Source: Dehalococcoidia bacterium
GTDB taxonomy: Bacteria; Chloroflexota; Dehalococcoidia; Lucifugimonadales; CAJWER01
Assembly (NCBI GenBank): GCA_965243655.1
Contig: CBDEVV010000017.1
Coordinates: forward strand, 1,396,319 to 1,460,318
Direction of reading: 5' to 3'
DNA: 64,000 nt
Part shown: positions 11,459 through 23,888 of the stretch, in pieces
Layout of the letters: the number at the start of each line of letters is the position of its first letter
How positions within the stretch are numbered: the first letter of the stretch is position 1
Position numbers and translations under genes: made by a program
Notes under the pieces: model-generated
What the model was told of the DNA's origin: nothing
The model's input: the letters and a program-made list of their open reading frames with translations, nothing else
Databases searched by the model: none

Positions 11459-11505
11459 GGCACACCTCCTACTTACAGTGTAACTCTTCGGCGGATCGGT
11501 GCGGG

Positions 11506-12705
11506 TCAGTCCCCAGTCGGGAGGGTTAGGCGTTCCAGCCTGGGCAGTGGGCCTCCGATGAGCGGCTCGGCATAGGCCGTGAAGTCTCTCGTTGGCATCG
11601 ATGACGCTGTGTCGTACATGGCCGGCGGCAGCGTCTTGACTCCGCCAGCGACATCCGACAGTGGCGCCGTGCCGGTCCGGCAGGCGTACAGGTCGCCCGG
11701 CTCCCGCTCCAGGGTCACCATCACGTCCGAGGCTCCCTCTGCCGCGTACATCACGGCCGCCCTCCCGGCCATCTCGGCCTCGAGAGCATCGGTGCGCGAG
11801 GTGGTCTCGGCGAGCGAGCGCTGGATCGAGCCCGGTTTCTCGTAGCGCACCCTAACCCCCAGTCTACGGCCCACCAGCTCTGACAGGTACCTGCCCGCGC
11901 CCTCGTAGTACGGGTGGCCGAAGTCGTCCACGTACCAGGGCTGGTCCGACCCCAGGGCCCCGCGCTCGCCCCGCGCGTTCTCCGCGGCGACGATCACAGC
12001 CGTGCCGTACCTGGCGTACGCGTCCTCGACAAGGCCCAGGAACCGGTCCTCGACAACCCGCTCCTCAGGCACGACCACGACATGCGGGGCGTCCCGCTCC
12101 TCCAGCTTGCCCAGCGCAGACGCCGCTGCGAGCCAACCGGCGTCCCTGCCCATGACCTCCAGCACCGCGACGGGGGCTGCGGGGCCCATCGTCTCCACGT
12201 CCCGGCCGATTCCCATCGCCGCCAGCGCGACGAACCGGGCGGCGCTGCCGTACCCCGGCGAGTGGTCGGTCGCGAGCAGGTCGTTGTCGATGGTCTTGGG
12301 CACGTTGATGACCGACAGGGCCAGCCCTGCTTGCCGCGCCTCCTGGGCGATCCTATGCCCGTTTTCCGCCGAGTCGTTGCCCCCGATGATGAAGCAGTAG
12401 CCGATGCCCATCGCCTCGATCTGCCTCAGCGACGCCTCGACCCCGTCCGGGCCGAGCTTCGTGCGAGTCGATCCGAGGACGCCACCCGGGGTCCGCGAGA
12501 TGGCGTCCCACCGTGAACTCGGGATGTCTCCAAGCGCCACGAACCTGCCCTCGACGAGGCCCTCGATTCCCCTGGCTGCCCCGAACACCGTCCCGAACGC
12601 GGGGCTGGCGGCGGCAGTCCTGACTACGCCCGCAAGGCTCCTGTTCAGCACCGCGGTACTGCCCCCGGACTGCATCACCAGGACGTTCCTGGGCGAGCCG
12701 GCCAT
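11506..12705 (-). CDS. pfk: phosphofructokinase, predicted PPi-dependent type
   Basis: The track ORF extends to 13347 through a different upstream gene. The real start is ATG 12705 (MAGSPRNVLVMQSGGSTAVLN). Motifs IIGGNDS and PKTIDNDL. Confidence 0.85.
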   Translation of the reverse strand: MAGSPRNVLVMQSGGSTAVLNRSLAGVVRTAAASPAFGTVFGAARGIEGLVEGRFVALGDIPSSRWDAISRTPGGVLGSTRTKLGPDGVEASLRQIEAMGIGYCFIIGGNDSAENGHRIAQEARQAGLALSVINVPKTIDNDLLATDHSPGYGSAARFVALAAMGIGRDVETMGPAAPVAVLEVMGRDAGWLAAASALGKLEERDAPHVVVVPEERVVEDRFLGLVEDAYARYGTAVIVAAENARGERGALGSDQPWYVDDFGHPYYEGAGRYLSELVGRRLGVRVRYEKPGSIQRSLAETTSRTDALEAEMAGRAAVMYAAEGASDVMVTLEREPGDLYACRTGTAPLSDVAGGVKTLPPAMYDTASSMPTRDFTAYAEPLIGGPLPRLERLTLPTGD

Positions 12706-12710
12706 GGGAC

Positions 12711-12914
12711 TCAGTACGCCCAGAGGGCCAGTGCGCCCGCCCCGGCGAGGACGGCCAGCGATGCGAGGGTTAGGGCCGGGTCGTCGAGGGTGACGGCGCC
12801 GATGTAGACGAGCGGCGAGTCGATCACTATCGCCCAGAACGCGTACTGCTTGACCCTTTCCTTGGCAAAAGTCCCGGATGCGTGTTCCCTGATCCTGTCG
12901 AACATTGAGCCCAC
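12711..12914 (-). CDS. small hypothetical membrane protein
   Basis: 67 aa, hydrophobic C-terminal half (LASLAVLAGAGALALWAY). The start abuts the permease stop. No family recognised. Confidence 0.4.
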   Translation of the reverse strand: MGSMFDRIREHASGTFAKERVKQYAFWAIVIDSPLVYIGAVTLDDPALTLASLAVLAGAGALALWAY

Positions 12915-14495
12915 CTACAGCAGGTTGAGTATTATCCAGGCCTGGATGCCGACCAGCAGGACGATCAGCAGGCAGTACGGGATCGTCCGCTTCATCACTT
13001 CGCCCTCCTTGCCCGACAGGCCCACGATGGCCGTGCCCACCAGCACCTTTGCGGGAGCGATGGCGCTTCCCAGCGAGCCCCCTATCGACTGTACGGCCGC
13101 GATGGTGACCGCCGAGACACCGAGGGCGCCGGCCGTCTCCTGCTGGAGCACCCCGAACATGACGTTCGAGTTTGTATTGCTCCCGGTCATGAATGTCCCC
13201 AGCACCCCTATGAAGGGCGAGAATACGGGGAAGGCGGTCTGAGTGATGTCTGCGATGGTTCGACCCAGCAGCACCGTCATTCCAGAGTCCGTCATCACGA
13301 CGGCCATCATGACCATAGTCGCAATGCCGACGCTGGTTGGCACGCACTGCGAATAGGTCTTCCTGGCGGCCGCAAGCCCGGCGCCAGGCTTCCAGCTCCG
13401 GCGGGCAATGAACACCCCATACGTAATCGCCAGCGACAACAGTATCAGTGGAGCTGGATGCCGGAGCAACCGTATCTTCGCGTAGCTGTCCTCCTCTTCC
13501 ACCGCGTAGCCTGTGCCCGTTTCCGTAGCAGGGTAGTCCAGCCCCCAGAACAGCGAAGCTCCCAGCTCCTTCACGGCGGGCACCTGAGACAGTATGTTGA
13601 GCGCCAGTACTGCGTAGTAGGGCAGGAACGCCATGTGGAAGCTGGGTCCGCCCTGCGTCTCAGGGGAGGCGGAGGGCTTCTCCGGTTCCCTGGCCGGAGA
13701 TGGCAGCAACGGCGTCCTGGCGACCAGCCATCCCACGCCGCAGCCGACAATTCCCGACACCAACGACGCCACCTGGGGAGCGCCCGCCCATGCCAGGGCC
13801 CACAGGCAGAGCGCCATCGAGCCTCCCATAATAAGGACGATAGGTGTCCCGCGGCGCAGGGACGACATTCCGCCCTGCAGGTGGGCGACCGCGAATCCCG
13901 TGACGATGGTGGGGAGCGCGAAGAGCGCCGCCATGTGGGGGCCGATCTCCTCGCCCGGGATCTTAGTCACGAGCTGGATTGTGAAGTAAGACGCGCCGAG
14001 GGAACCGAACGACACTGCCCACGCGTGCCCCACCAGCACGATGGCCGCGGCCCGAGCCGCGCCGAAGCCCATGAAGACCATCAGCGGGGCCACAACCGCC
14101 ACCGGCACTCCGAAGCCCGCGATCCCCTGCATGAACCCGGAGAATGCCCACCCCACGAGCAGGGCCTGGGCGAGCGGGTCCGAAACCAGCCGGGTCATGG
14201 TGCGGCCGATTACGTCGATGCCGCCAATCTCGTCCACGACGTTGTAGAGCAGCACCGATGTCCAGATGATCGACAGGACGAAGAAGCTCAGGCTCAGTCC
14301 CTTGGCGCTGCCGATGGCGAGCAGCCTGGGGTCGGACTCGAAGAACGCCAGAGCGATCGCGGCGACGACGAGGAAGGCCGCGGCGCCCGCCCGCGGGGCT
14401 GACCACTTCAGCGCGAGTATCGACGCCAGCAGTGCCGCCAGCGGCAGTGCCGCCAGAAGCACGTTGACTGCGTTCAGCTCGGGGCCGTCACCCAC
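12915..14495 (-). CDS. lctP: L-lactate permease (LctP) family transporter
   Basis: Polytopic membrane protein with LctP-like segments (GFMQGIAGFGVPVAVVAPLMV). I use in-frame GTG 14495, which overlaps the stop of the upstream oxidoreductase. The track start is 14612. Confidence 0.82.
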   Translation of the reverse strand: MGDGPELNAVNVLLAALPLAALLASILALKWSAPRAGAAAFLVVAAIALAFFESDPRLLAIGSAKGLSLSFFVLSIIWTSVLLYNVVDEIGGIDVIGRTMTRLVSDPLAQALLVGWAFSGFMQGIAGFGVPVAVVAPLMVFMGFGAARAAAIVLVGHAWAVSFGSLGASYFTIQLVTKIPGEEIGPHMAALFALPTIVTGFAVAHLQGGMSSLRRGTPIVLIMGGSMALCLWALAWAGAPQVASLVSGIVGCGVGWLVARTPLLPSPAREPEKPSASPETQGGPSFHMAFLPYYAVLALNILSQVPAVKELGASLFWGLDYPATETGTGYAVEEEDSYAKIRLLRHPAPLILLSLAITYGVFIARRSWKPGAGLAAARKTYSQCVPTSVGIATMVMMAVVMTDSGMTVLLGRTIADITQTAFPVFSPFIGVLGTFMTGSNTNSNVMFGVLQQETAGALGVSAVTIAAVQSIGGSLGSAIAPAKVLVGTAIVGLSGKEGEVMKRTIPYCLLIVLLVGIQAWIILNLL

Positions 14496-15606
14496 CTGCG
14501 AACCGTCCGGGGTCGAAGTCCCGTATTGGCATCTCCGAAGCTCCCCGGGCGACCAGGTCCGCTGTGATGCGGCCCATCGCGGCCCCCAATATGATGCCCG
14601 ACCGGCCGCCACCGGTGGCCACGTAGACGCCCTCCCAGCCTGGCGCAGTTCCCAGGAGCGGCATGTAGTCCGCCGACAGGGGGCGCGGGCAGGCTGTCTG
14701 CCTCACCACCTGTGCGTCCGCCAGCGCCGGGACCATCTTCGACAGCGCGGACATGATCGCGTCCCTGGCCTCCGGCGTGGTGGTCTCATCGAAGCCCGCC
14801 TCCTCCTCGGTGGTGCCGGCCCAGACGAGGCCGTCCGGCTTGGTGACGGCGTAGTTGCCCGCCCAGCCCATCGAGCACCGGTACGGAGGCCCTGAGGCGC
14901 GGAGACGAAGTATCTGCCCCTTTAGCGGGCGCACTGCTATGGGGAAGCCCAGCCACTCAGAGGCCGCGCCCGACCAGGGACCCATCGCGATCACGACCTT
15001 CTCGCAGGCGATGTGCCGGTCTCCAAGCGTCACCCCTGTCACCTTCGCGCCGTTGCGCGTCAGCCCGGTGACCTCGCCATGCTCGAAGCGGGCGCCCCTG
15101 ATCTCGGCGCCCTTCGCCAGGGCCGTCGTCAGGCGTTGGGGCTCCAGGTCCGACGTGCCCTCGATGTATACCGCGCCTCGCGCCTCTGGAGATATACGGG
15201 GCTCGACTGCGTTCAGGTCGGCCCCCTCCAGCCACGAGACAGAATAACCGGCCTCCCGCTGCATCACGGGCAGGCCGTCCTTAGCGGCGGCGGCCTCCTC
15301 GTCCGTTAGGCACAGGATCAGGGACGGCCGGTCCCGGTACTCGAAGTTGACGCCCGTCTCCTCTGACAGCGTCCCGGCCATCTCCCGGTAGAGACGGACG
15401 CTGAGACGGCTGAGCTCCTGTGTTGGGCCGTGGACTCCCGGGCCCGCCATGGCGCTGAGTCCGCCATACGCGTGTCCCGAGGCGTGACTCCCGACGGCGT
15501 CGCGCTCAATGACTATGGTGGATACTCCGGCCTTACCCAGGTAGTAGGCTGTCGCGGCCCCCACGATGCCGCCGCCGATTATTGCAGCGTCCGGCGATTG
15601 CGTCAT
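14488..15606 (-). CDS. FAD-dependent oxidoreductase (DAO/glycine oxidase-like)
   Basis: N-terminal dinucleotide fold AAIIGGGIVGAATAYYLGKAG, 372 aa. Confidence 0.8.
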   Translation of the reverse strand: MTQSPDAAIIGGGIVGAATAYYLGKAGVSTIVIERDAVGSHASGHAYGGLSAMAGPGVHGPTQELSRLSVRLYREMAGTLSEETGVNFEYRDRPSLILCLTDEEAAAAKDGLPVMQREAGYSVSWLEGADLNAVEPRISPEARGAVYIEGTSDLEPQRLTTALAKGAEIRGARFEHGEVTGLTRNGAKVTGVTLGDRHIACEKVVIAMGPWSGAASEWLGFPIAVRPLKGQILRLRASGPPYRCSMGWAGNYAVTKPDGLVWAGTTEEEAGFDETTTPEARDAIMSALSKMVPALADAQVVRQTACPRPLSADYMPLLGTAPGWEGVYVATGGGRSGIILGAAMGRITADLVARGASEMPIRDFDPGRFAGG

Positions 15607-15655
15607 AGGCGGGGCAGGCCTCCGTGCAGGGCTCCGACGGCTGCCGTCGTTTCGC

Positions 15656-16834
15656 CTATGGAGTGCACGACTTCCATTCGTCCAGGGTCACCGTGATGCC
15701 CTGCTCTTGCCCTTCCCTGATGAGGGTCAGCTCGACCCGGTCTCCCGGGATGAGCGTGTTCAGGTGCTCCACTATGTCTGCGACGCTCGAGATAGGCTCG
15801 CCGTCAACCGCTGTAATGAAGTCGCCCCGGCCCGACGGGACCGTCCTGAAGTCGTCGAATTGGAGCCCGGCGCGCTCGGCCGGGCTGTCCCTGCAGATCC
15901 TGCTGACGTACACGCCCTCTTGGGCCGGTATATCCAGCACCCGCACTTGGCTCGGTGTCAGCGGCCGTCCCATGATTCCGATCCATGGGCGCTTGTACTC
16001 AACTGGCTGAAGCAGGCTGGGAAGAAGCTGCCTCACCGTATTGGATGACACGGCGAAACCGACTCCCGTCGGAAGCAAAGCTCGGGTGCCAAACGTGGGG
16101 GGCTCGACTTGGACTGCCGATACTACGCCGATTGCCTCACCCCTGGCGTTCAGCAGAGGCCCGCCGGAGTTGCCCGGGTTCAGCGCCGCATCGGTCTGGA
16201 TCATCTCCGGTATGGGCCTGCTGGAAGAACCGACCTGGCTCCGCCCCTTCCCGCTGACAACGCCCACCGTTACCGAATTGGGGTTCTGGTAAGGGCTGCC
16301 GATGGCTATCGCAAGCTGCCCCGGAAGGACGCTGTCGGAGTCGGCCAGCCTCAGGGGCTCTATGTCCGATGCCAGGTCCGGGTCCACCTGTAGGATTGCG
16401 AGGTCGTCGACCCTGCTGCTGCCCAGCACGGTCGCCTCCAGCCTCCTGCCGTCGTGGAGGGTGACCACCACGTCGCCGTCCATGTCGACGATGTGCGCGT
16501 TGGTGACGATGTGTCCCTCGTCGTCGACGAAGAACCCCGACCCGCTCTGCCGGCTGAACAGCTGTGAGACCCCAATCTCCACGATCGCCGGGCTTGCCCG
16601 CTCGAACACCGACGTCACTTGCCCTTCGTCGAACAGGGCACTGGGTTGAGCCGCGCTAAAGGACCCCCATGCCAGGGCGAGGCCGAAGAGCATTCCGATG
16701 GCGACCAGGAATATCGCTCCCCAGATGGTGAGCCTAACCCCGTGCTGTTCGGGTGAAGGAGGTGGGGCTTCCTGCTCGGTTGCGTGGACGTCGTCCTTGT
16801 ACATCCCGGCAGCTCCTCGGGTGGATAGGGTCAT
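15656..16834 (-). CDS. htrA: HtrA/DegP-family serine protease with PDZ domain
   Basis: Triad contexts TNAHIV, DLAILQV and GNSGGPLL, with an N-terminal TM. Start ATG 16834 is preceded by GGAGGA. The track ORF extends to 17119. Confidence 0.85.
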   Translation of the reverse strand: MTLSTRGAAGMYKDDVHATEQEAPPPSPEQHGVRLTIWGAIFLVAIGMLFGLALAWGSFSAAQPSALFDEGQVTSVFERASPAIVEIGVSQLFSRQSGSGFFVDDEGHIVTNAHIVDMDGDVVVTLHDGRRLEATVLGSSRVDDLAILQVDPDLASDIEPLRLADSDSVLPGQLAIAIGSPYQNPNSVTVGVVSGKGRSQVGSSSRPIPEMIQTDAALNPGNSGGPLLNARGEAIGVVSAVQVEPPTFGTRALLPTGVGFAVSSNTVRQLLPSLLQPVEYKRPWIGIMGRPLTPSQVRVLDIPAQEGVYVSRICRDSPAERAGLQFDDFRTVPSGRGDFITAVDGEPISSVADIVEHLNTLIPGDRVELTLIREGQEQGITVTLDEWKSCTP

Positions 16835-17069
16835 CCTCCGCCCCTTCAGTATACACTCTTGGGCGATGGGGAGATCTCTGGAGTAGAGTCCTCCATCCCG
16901 GGCCGGTGGTCCACTGGCGATCGGCCTCCTGACCCCTGGGTCTGGAACCGGGTGCTCGGGTTGCCGGCGTATCTGAAAGACGCTTGGCGGCTCCTGTTGG
17001 CTTGTGGTCTCCGCGTTGGGACCTGCCCGGACGCGGGCGCGCAGCCCATGATGAAATCGCCCTAATCGG

Positions 17070-17099
17070 TTGACACCTGTATTCCATACCGAATAACAT
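17070..17099 (+). promoter_or_regulatory. candidate sigma70-type promoter for hup
   Basis: TTGACA (17070-17075), 18-nt spacer, TAACAT (17094-17099). Confidence 0.35.
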
Positions 17100-17166
17100 C
17101 CTTTGACTCGCGCATGCATCCCGAGGGATAGCGTGCGCCCATAACGCGCAGGAGGCGACGTCTGTT

Positions 17167-17457
17167 ATGGCTACGCTTAGAAAGAGCGACATCGCGGCGA
17201 GGGTTGCCGCCAATCTCAAGGGGTCGAGTGCTCAGGGAGAAGGTGCCCTCAACGCTGTGCTTGAGAGTATTCAGGAAGCCCTGGGCGAAGGTCACAAGGT
17301 TGTCCTCACAGGGTTCGGTTCCTTTTCTGTCAGAGATGTCAAGGCGAGACGCGTCAAGCCGATCCGAGGCGCCGGTGACCTCATCACGATCCCAGCGCAC
17401 AAGCGGGTCGGCTTCACCGCTGGATCGGACCTCAACAAGAAGGCAGCCAAGGGCTAG
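17167..17457 (+). CDS. hup: HU/IHF-family nucleoid protein
   Basis: 96 aa. VVLTGFGSFSVRDVKARRVKPIRGAGDLITIPAHKRVGFTAG. Confidence 0.9.
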   Translation: MATLRKSDIAARVAANLKGSSAQGEGALNAVLESIQEALGEGHKVVLTGFGSFSVRDVKARRVKPIRGAGDLITIPAHKRVGFTAGSDLNKKAAKG

Positions 17458-17534
17458 GAAGACCGGACGGGACCGCCCGTTGTTCGAAGCAGACCCGACA
17501 TAGGCGACAGCAGGCTCGGCCCTCGGAGGCACTG

Positions 17535-18419
17535 ATGCGCTACTACCGCATACGAGACGACATCGGAAACGTTCACCTAACGGTGGAGTCCGAGCCCGGC
17601 AGGCTCGCGTCTCTCACGGCCCTCAACGACGAGGTCAGGGGCTTCGAAGACCTGATGAAAGTGAGCTACGTCGGTGGACAGTCGATAGACGACGTGGCCC
17701 GCAACGTGCTTTCGGGCGGCGACGGACCCGTCTTCGATCTCGGCTCAGCCGTCGAGTCGTCGAAGTCCGGCCCTGGCGGCACGAGGATCATCCGGCCCCT
17801 CGACCCAGACGAAATCTGGGCAGGCGGCATCGGAAACTACCCCGTGCCCGACGAAGCCGTCAGCGCCATGCCCGACTTCACTAGGACTGCCTACGAAGCC
17901 GACAGGCCGCCCATCATGTATAAGGGCGGCTCTACGAGACTTGCTGGGCCCTACGACGACATCGGTATTCGCTCCGACACCACTTCGGTCGCCGAGGGAG
18001 AACTGGTGCTGGTGCTTTACAAGGGGAGTATCGTCGCGTACAGCACTGGTAATGAGGTTGCCGGCGGCCTGATGGGGCAGACCATCTGGTGGATGGTCCC
18101 CAGCAAGGTCTTCACCGGCTGTGCTTCCCTGGGCCCCTGCGTCGTGACCCCCGAGAGCATTCCCGATCCCACGGGGCGGGCTATGGAGCTGAACATAACC
18201 CGCAACGGCGGCGAGGCCGGCTCCTCGACCAACACCACAGACCACCGCAGGCCCCCGGAAGAGATAGCGAAGTGGGTGACGGCCCACGACACCCCTCCGG
18301 ACGTGGTGATCATCTACACCGGTGGATGCGTCGCCGACGGTCCACTGGAGGACGGCGACTTAGTCCGCATCAGTCTCGACGGAGTCGGCGCCGTGGAGAA
18401 CAGGGTCAAGGTCGTGTAG
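17535..18419 (+). CDS. fumarylacetoacetate hydrolase (FAH) superfamily protein
   Basis: 294 aa. The C-terminal half has the FAH-like pattern AEGELVLVL...TGNEV...IIYTGG. Assignment is by pattern only. Confidence 0.5.
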   Translation: MRYYRIRDDIGNVHLTVESEPGRLASLTALNDEVRGFEDLMKVSYVGGQSIDDVARNVLSGGDGPVFDLGSAVESSKSGPGGTRIIRPLDPDEIWAGGIGNYPVPDEAVSAMPDFTRTAYEADRPPIMYKGGSTRLAGPYDDIGIRSDTTSVAEGELVLVLYKGSIVAYSTGNEVAGGLMGQTIWWMVPSKVFTGCASLGPCVVTPESIPDPTGRAMELNITRNGGEAGSSTNTTDHRRPPEEIAKWVTAHDTPPDVVIIYTGGCVADGPLEDGDLVRISLDGVGAVENRVKVV

Positions 18420-18456
18420 CGGCCCCGGCGCGGCCGGTGGCTCCTTCGGAAGAGCA

Positions 18457-20286
<1,830 letters not shown>

Positions 20287-20288
20287 GC

Positions 20289-20306
20289 GGGCGGAGGTCT
20301 CCGCCC
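20289..20306 (+). terminator. GC hairpin just after the GH15 stop
   Basis: gggcggag/ctccgccc inverted repeat. There is no clear U-tract. Confidence 0.35.
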
Positions 20307-20419
20307 CCGGTTCGGGTCACGGAGGCTCCTTCATGGGTATACCGTCGCATGCGGGGCCTCGCCTTGGGAGTCATGCAACCCGCGGAATGCCGAGTAGCGA
20401 ATCCAAGGGCCATGGCAAG

Positions 20420-20448
20420 TTGACAGGTGGGCTAGGTCGTACTATAAT
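20420..20448 (+). promoter_or_regulatory. consensus sigma70 promoter of the ribosomal supercluster
   Basis: TTGACA (20420-20425), exactly 17 nt, TATAAT (20443-20448), about 80 nt upstream of rpsL. Confidence 0.65.
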
Positions 20449-20529
20449 CTCCGTTTGTCGCCCTTGATGGGCGCTTGGCTTGGTGTGTGCTTCATTCTCT
20501 ACCTGGCTCAGAAGGATTAAGGCCAACTT

Positions 20530-20946
20530 ATGCCTACTGTCAACCAATTGGTGCGAAAGGGAAGAAAGAGCAAGCGGCGCAAGGACAAGGCCCCTGCGCT
20601 GAGGTTCTCCTTCAACACGATCAAGAATAGGGGCCGGAGGGACTCCGGGTCCCCCCAGAAGCGCGGCGTATGCATCCAGGTGAGGACGCAGACGCCCAAG
20701 AAGCCGAACTCTGCCCTGCGAAAAGTGGCAAGGGTCCGGCTCACCAACGGGGTGGAGGTGTCTGCTTACATCCCCGGAGAGGGTCACAACCTCCAGGAGC
20801 ACTCCGTCGTGCTGATACGCGGTGGTAGAGTGAAGGACCTCCCTGGCGTCCGCTACCACATCGTTCGAGGGGCCCTGGACACCGAGGGTGTCGGCGAGCG
20901 TAGACGCGGGCGCAGCAAGTATGGAAGCAAGAAGGAGCGGCGATAA
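20530..20946 (+). CDS. rpsL: 30S ribosomal protein S12
   Basis: [12 protein letters not shown]...[16 protein letters not shown]. Confidence 0.97.
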   Translation: MPTVNQLVRKGRKSKRRKDKAPALRFSFNTIKNRGRRDSGSPQKRGVCIQVRTQTPKKPNSALRKVARVRLTNGVEVSAYIPGEGHNLQEHSVVLIRGGRVKDLPGVRYHIVRGALDTEGVGERRRGRSKYGSKKERR

Positions 20947-20978
20947 CCTCCGCGCCCTAGATACTAAGGTTCATTCAA

Positions 20979-21449
20979 ATGGCTAGACGCAGACGTTCAG
21001 AGAAGCGACAGGTCAAACCCGACCCGAGATTCGGGAGCGTGGAGCTTGCCCGCTTCATAAACAAGGTCATGCTGAAAGGCAAGAAGACCGTGGCGCAGAA
21101 GATCGTCTATGGCGCCCTGGACATCGCCCAGCAGGAATCTCGGATCTCCGGACTCGACGTGTTTCGGCAGGCCATGAGAAACGCCATGCCGCAAGTCCAG
21201 GTAAGGTCGCGCAGGGTGGGTGGCACTACTTACCAGGTGCCTACCGACATACGACCAGAGCGCCAGGAGGCTCTGGCGATGACGTGGGTCATCGCGTCAG
21301 CCCGCGACAAGTCCGGCAGTCCTATGGCCCAGCGTCTTGCCCAGGAGCTTCTCGAGGCGTCCCGCAGCCAGGGCAACGCCGTAAGGAGAAAGGAGGAGAT
21401 GCACCGAATGGCGGAGGCCAATCGTGCCTTCGCACACTACCGGTGGTAG
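20979..21449 (+). CDS. rpsG: 30S ribosomal protein S7
   Basis: 156 aa. [18 protein letters not shown]...AHYRW. Confidence 0.97.
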   Translation: MARRRRSEKRQVKPDPRFGSVELARFINKVMLKGKKTVAQKIVYGALDIAQQESRISGLDVFRQAMRNAMPQVQVRSRRVGGTTYQVPTDIRPERQEALAMTWVIASARDKSGSPMAQRLAQELLEASRSQGNAVRRKEEMHRMAEANRAFAHYRW

Positions 21450-21487
21450 CCTCCAGCGCCCCCGTTTCCTCCCCTGCATCGCTCAAC

Positions 21488-23557
21488 ATGACTTCGCCCT
21501 CACCCCTCGAATCTGTACGAAATATTGGGTTCATTGCGCACATCGACGCCGGCAAGACCACGGTGACGGAGCGCGTGCTCTATATGGCGGGCCGAATCTA
21601 CAAGATCGGCGCCGTCGACGAGGGCACGACCGCAATGGACTGGATGGCACAGGAGCGCGAGAGGGGTATCACCATCACCTCCGCCGCTACCGCCTGCCGG
21701 TGGCAGGGCCTCGACATCAACATCATCGACACCCCCGGGCACGTCGACTTCACCGCGGAGGTGGAGCGCAGCCTTAGAGTCCTGGACGGCGGCGTGGTGA
21801 TATTCGACGCCGTCGCGGGGGTCGAGCCCCAATCCGAGACTGTCTGGCGCCAGGCTGACAGGTATAGGGTGCCTCGTCTTTCCTTCGTCAACAAGATGGA
21901 CAGGATTGGCGCCGACTTCGAAATGACCGTGGACAGCATTTCGCGGAGGCTCCAGGCCAGGCCCGTGCCCATACAGATGCCCCTCGGCAAGGAGGACACG
22001 TTTAGAGGCGTCGTCGACCTGGTCGAGGGAAGAGCGTATCTCACGGACCCGGAGGATCCGAGGTCGGTGGTGGACGGTCCCGTCCCAGACGAGGCGTACG
22101 CAGAGTACCTGCGCCACCGCGATGTGATGATCGAGAGGATCGCCGAAACCGACGATGACCTCATCATCAAGTACCTGGAGGGCGAGGAGATATCGAACGA
22201 AGAGCTCAAGCGAGCCCTCCGGGCGGCTACTATCGACTACAGGATTGTCCCTGTCCTGTGTGGCAGCGCGCTTAACAACCAGGGGCTGCAGCCGCTGCTC
22301 GACGCCGTGGTCGACTACCTGCCGTCGCCACTGGACGTCGAGCCGGCCCAGGGGACCGACCCCGAAACGGGCGAGGCTCTGTTGCGAGAACCCACGGTCG
22401 ACGGGCCCTTCTCAGCTCTCGCCTTCAAGGCGGTGGCCGATCCGTTCATAGGCAGGCTCGTCTACTTCAGGGTCTACTCAGGCTCAGTAGGGGCCGGCTC
22501 TGCGGTCCTGAACACTCGGACCGGACGCAGGGAGAGGCTTGGCCGCATAGTCAAGATGCACGCTCAGCATCGCGAGGATCTCTCTGAGGTCAAGGTCGGT
22601 GACATTGCCGCCGTGGTGGGCGCCCGACAGACCTCTACCGGAGACACGCTGTGTGACCAGGACTCACCAATCTCGCTCGAGACGATCTCTTTCCCAGAGC
22701 CCGTCATATCCATGGCCATCGAGCCCAGGACAAGGGCCGAGCAAGACAGGCTAGTCGACGCCCTCACCAAGCTGTCGGACGAGGACCCCACCCTGGACGT
22801 GGTCTACGACGAGGAGGTGGGTCAGACGGTCATTTCCGGCATGGGCGAGCTCCATCTCGACATCATCGTGGACAGGATGAAGCGGGAGTACAAGGTCGAA
22901 GCCAACGTCGGACGGCCCAGGGTCGCCTACCGCGAGTCGGTTAGCCGGAAGGGCAGGGGAGAAGGACGCCTCGTGCGGCAGACGGGCGGCCACGGTCAAT
23001 TCGCCCACGTCATCCTGGAATTGGAGCCCCTAGAGAGGGGCAGCGGTGTGGAGTTTGAAGACAAGATACGGGGCGGTTCCATACCTCGCGAGTTCATTCC
23101 CGCTGTCCAAAAGGGCGTCGAGGATGCGCTGGGCGTAGGTCCCCTGTCGGGCTACCCGGTTGTCGACGTAAAGGTGGTGCTGGTCGATGGTCGCTATCAC
23201 GAGGTTGACTCGTCGGAGATGGCCTTCCGCATCGCCGGCTCGATGGCTACCAAGTCTGCGATCGACAAGGGCGGGCCGCTGCGGCTGGAGCCTGTCATGA
23301 AGCTGGAGATCGTGACACCGGGCGAGTTCCTCGGCGACGTGCTGGGCGACCTGGGCAGAAGGAGGGCCGCGATCAGAAGCATCGAGGGCCACGGAGACCT
23401 CCAGACCGTTAAGGCCAGGATTCCCCTGGCCGAGAGCTTCGGGTACGCGGGCACCCTCAGGTCCCTTACCCAGGGAAGAGCGTCCTACTCGATGGAATTC
23501 GAGAGATACGAGGAGGCGGCGGAGGCCGATGTCGCGCTGGCCGCCCACGGAGGATAG
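21488..23557 (+). CDS. fusA: elongation factor G
   Basis: The track ORF starts at 21284 inside rpsG. The real start is ATG 21488 ([25 protein letters not shown]), followed by DTPGHVDF. Confidence 0.95.
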   Translation: MTSPSPLESVRNIGFIAHIDAGKTTVTERVLYMAGRIYKIGAVDEGTTAMDWMAQERERGITITSAATACRWQGLDINIIDTPGHVDFTAEVERSLRVLDGGVVIFDAVAGVEPQSETVWRQADRYRVPRLSFVNKMDRIGADFEMTVDSISRRLQARPVPIQMPLGKEDTFRGVVDLVEGRAYLTDPEDPRSVVDGPVPDEAYAEYLRHRDVMIERIAETDDDLIIKYLEGEEISNEELKRALRAATIDYRIVPVLCGSALNNQGLQPLLDAVVDYLPSPLDVEPAQGTDPETGEALLREPTVDGPFSALAFKAVADPFIGRLVYFRVYSGSVGAGSAVLNTRTGRRERLGRIVKMHAQHREDLSEVKVGDIAAVVGARQTSTGDTLCDQDSPISLETISFPEPVISMAIEPRTRAEQDRLVDALTKLSDEDPTLDVVYDEEVGQTVISGMGELHLDIIVDRMKREYKVEANVGRPRVAYRESVSRKGRGEGRLVRQTGGHGQFAHVILELEPLERGSGVEFEDKIRGGSIPREFIPAVQKGVEDALGVGPLSGYPVVDVKVVLVDGRYHEVDSSEMAFRIAGSMATKSAIDKGGPLRLEPVMKLEIVTPGEFLGDVLGDLGRRRAAIRSIEGHGDLQTVKARIPLAESFGYAGTLRSLTQGRASYSMEFERYEEAAEADVALAAHGG

Positions 23558-23565
23558 CCCGGGTA

Positions 23566-23877
23566 ATGGTGACTCAACAGAGAATAAGAATCATACTCAA
23601 GGCCTTCGACCACCGGATCCTGGATCTGTGGGCGACGCAGATCGTGGAGGCGGCCGAGCGCACTGGGGCCCAGGTGGCAGGTCCGGTGCCGCTGCCAACG
23701 ACGATCAAGCGGTTCTGCGTGATCCGCTCTCCCCACATCTACAAGAAGTCGCGTGAACACTTCGAGCTGAGGACGCACAACAGGCTGATAGACATTCTGG
23801 AGCCTTCGACCAAGACGATTGACTCGCTGACCAGGCTGAACGTGCCGGCCGGCGTGCACATCTCGATGAAGATGTAG
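23566..23877 (+). CDS. rpsJ: 30S ribosomal protein S10
   Basis: [16 protein letters not shown]..., 103 aa. Confidence 0.97.
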   Translation: MVTQQRIRIILKAFDHRILDLWATQIVEAAERTGAQVAGPVPLPTTIKRFCVIRSPHIYKKSREHFELRTHNRLIDILEPSTKTIDSLTRLNVPAGVHISMKM

Positions 23878-23888
23878 CGAAGAGAACA

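Noticed and set aside
12706-13347. N-terminal 214 aa of track ORF 11506..13347
   Set aside because: This part reads through the small membrane gene and the end of the lactate permease in another frame. The PFK homology begins at ATG 12705.
16859-17065. 68-aa plus-strand ORF in the htrA-hup divergent spacer
   Set aside because: It has no RBS or family resemblance and its composition is typical of non-coding high-GC DNA. The region more likely holds the two divergent promoters and leaders.
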